The notes beneath the pieces are model-generated. The model made no database searches. It had not been told where the DNA came from and saw only the letters and a list, made by a program, of their open reading frames with translations. A stretch of DNA of 60,330 nt, filler included, from Basidioascus undulatus (taxonomy: Eukaryota), in the NCBI GenBank assembly GCA_000826855.1. It is 3 parts of 3 records of this genome, joined end to end, with 100 filler letters (N's around TTAATTAATTAA, not from the genome) between each part and the next. Parts side by side here need not be neighbours in the genome. Positions count along the whole stretch, not along the records: positions 40,327 to 60,330 come from JTLS01000385.1; 2 more parts are not named here. One strand, given 5' to 3'. Of this stretch, positions 58,284-60,330 are shown in pieces. The position numbers were made by a program, and so were the translations under genes. How positions within the stretch are numbered: position 1 is the first letter of the stretch; every line of letters starts with the position of its first letter.

Positions 58284-60330
58284 GGGCTATCTGTTATGCG
58301 GTACTATGAACGTCGGCGTCCTGCGAGCTGCTCGAGGGGCGGATGGATGTCGAACACTCGGGACAAGGCCAGAGCGATTAACCTGTGGATGGGGATTCTG
58401 CAGGTTTGCAGGCGTGTCGAACGGCGGGATGGAATATCCAAGAAGATGCCTATAAGACAGGGTGAACAGGGCGAGAGTCGCTGCGGGGTAAAGTCAAAAT
58501 GAGCGAGAGGAGTGGGTGTGAGTGCGAAGGTGAAGATCCCGGTGTCTCCGTTGAACCGTACGTCGAACTCACCCGAACGCTCCGACGGGTGTACCCACGA
58601 CGACTCCGCCCGCCGAGGACGCGCAAGATCCATCGTCAATACTCGACGGAGGTACCTGACGAATAGAGTTGGGAGTCCGACGGGAGAGAAGTGAAGTCAA
58701 CTTGAAGTCAAGGTCGCGCAGCTTCGTTGCGAAAACACGTCTTGGACGATCCTCCTCGGAGGCAACAGCTGCGCTGTTAAAGGTGAAAGTGCGTCCGCTT
58801 TTCCACTAGCTGAAGCTGATGACCTTGGATTGTGCGTGGCAGGCACAAGTGTTCAGCCAAGTTCGGCCTTGACGGCAGCGTGTTGTCTACCAATGGGAGA
58901 GCGAGCATTTGCACTAATGTCCTGCCACAAAGCTGCTGCTTGCTGCTTCTCAAGCATGCCTCTCCTGCCCAGAGAGAATATCATCTGACGTAATAACTCT
59001 TGTATCGTGGGCCCACAGTCTTATTTAAGTGCATAGCATGATTCCAGCACACACAAGTCGACTGGCACTGTGCACTGAAACGCACCTGTGTCCCAATGAG
59101 TCCGATTCTGACCTCAGTCAAACATCATAGACTCATTTGCCTCTCGTATGCAAAAATCTTTAAATATGAATCCATTGAATAATTAAGCTATGTGCTCGAT
59201 CAGTTGGTCACTGTGCGCGTCGCCAACGTGCTTGAGGCAGGCCCTTCAAGCCTCAGAAAGGGCTGTGACGGTGCTTTGCGAGATGGGATTCATTAAACCA
59301 TGTACTTGGAGAGAACATTCATAAATAAAGAAAACAGAAAAGGCTAACGGATGCCACAAGTATCAGCGTCACCTCATACTGCAAGGGTTTTATAAGTCAG
59401 ACCCGAAGCATCCGCCTGCCGCATTAAAAGGAGGGCTCTGTACCGCAGGCCGGTGAGACGTCTTTAACAAGAAAGCATCACACTACATCCATCTCGAGGG
59501 GCAATCTGATGCAACTAGAGTGCTCGATGAGAGTGCTTGATTTACTCCGGTACGAATAAAGCGAAGAGGAGCGCAGCCGAAACTCAGAGGCTTTCACGAT
59601 AACAACTGCCTATTTGCCGCCAATTCGTCGGCTTGTGCGCCCCGATCCGAGACAGTCCATTCCTCACGCCCGCCCGGTCGCTCGCTCTACACTGAGCCGC
59701 CACCATCTCCTCAACGCAGCTTCCTCCCAACACGCTCTCAACCCGCTCACCCAGCCTTAAACATGCCCATCGTTGTCCCTCTCGATATACTTTCTGCGAT
59801 AATCCAACACGTCGCAGATCAATGGGACTCTTCCTGTCCGTTAGGGGTGAGGGTGGCGGTAGGACGAGAGATGGCATCATCAGCACTGTGACACAGAGCA
59901 CAGCAGGATGGGAGACAAGATGTGCATAATGAGAGAGGTGCAGAAATGAGATGAAGGGAGGAGGGTGTGAGACACATGGATGAGGGGAGGTGGACAGAAG
60001 AGGAAAGAACAAGCATGCTTGGAAATCAGTCTTATATGGGGCTTGTTGCTAGGGTCGGTCTGAGGGCACTTAAGAAATGTTGAGAAGCTGGCAAGCATGC
60101 TTCTGTCCACTGGGAAACACCAGCGCCTGCAGGAGTCAGCATACAGAAGTCCACATGCTTCGGCAGTCACACATTAATAATGTCAAGATCCGGCAGAGTG
60201 AAACAGACCGCAACGGGGGCTACCCGGGGCTTGTGAGGGCAATGGTTGATACGAGACGAGTAAGGTTAGAGCAGGGACTACGTTAATGTGGAAACAAGAA
60301 GGCAAGACCAGATGGAGAACATGTAGAGGG

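Noticed and set aside
58300..60330. ORFs upstream of the Zn2Cys6 gene
   Set aside because: Low-complexity or non-coding composition; most likely promoter and intergenic DNA.

Overview
Intron-rich fungal genomic DNA. Splice donors (GTGCGT/GTACGT/GTCCGT/GTGAGT), GCTGAC/CTCAC branch sites and gene content point to a basidiomycete, plausibly Pucciniomycotina. The window is three contigs joined by two artificial 100-bp N/TTAATTAATTAA spacers (20113-20212, 40227-40326). Apparently intact genes are Spc25, a Dbf2/Sid2 kinase, a Pro-rich protein, Prp5 (5' end in the gap), a SUR7/PalI protein, an RraA-like aldolase, Rpc31, a DNAJC9-like J protein, an amidase, tRNA-Asn(GTT), a PFK-2/FBPase-2-like protein lacking the phosphatase His, and a Zn2Cys6 factor. 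Between them lie many decayed genes (DUF1365, Liz1/Fen2-type MFS, aldo-keto reductase, SIR2-like, a membrane protein, F-box-like, BTB) and a Ty1/copia relic cluster. The most striking observation is at 20213-22658 (-). Manual splicing there joins, in frame, a ~350-aa Ser/Thr-rich mucin-like region, one transmembrane helix and the N-terminal coiled coil of a Gap1/Sar1-type Ras GTPase-activating protein. This is a candidate receptor-type (plexin-like architecture) RasGAP; the GAP domain itself would lie beyond the contig end. All family assignments are from motif recognition by eye, not database searches.
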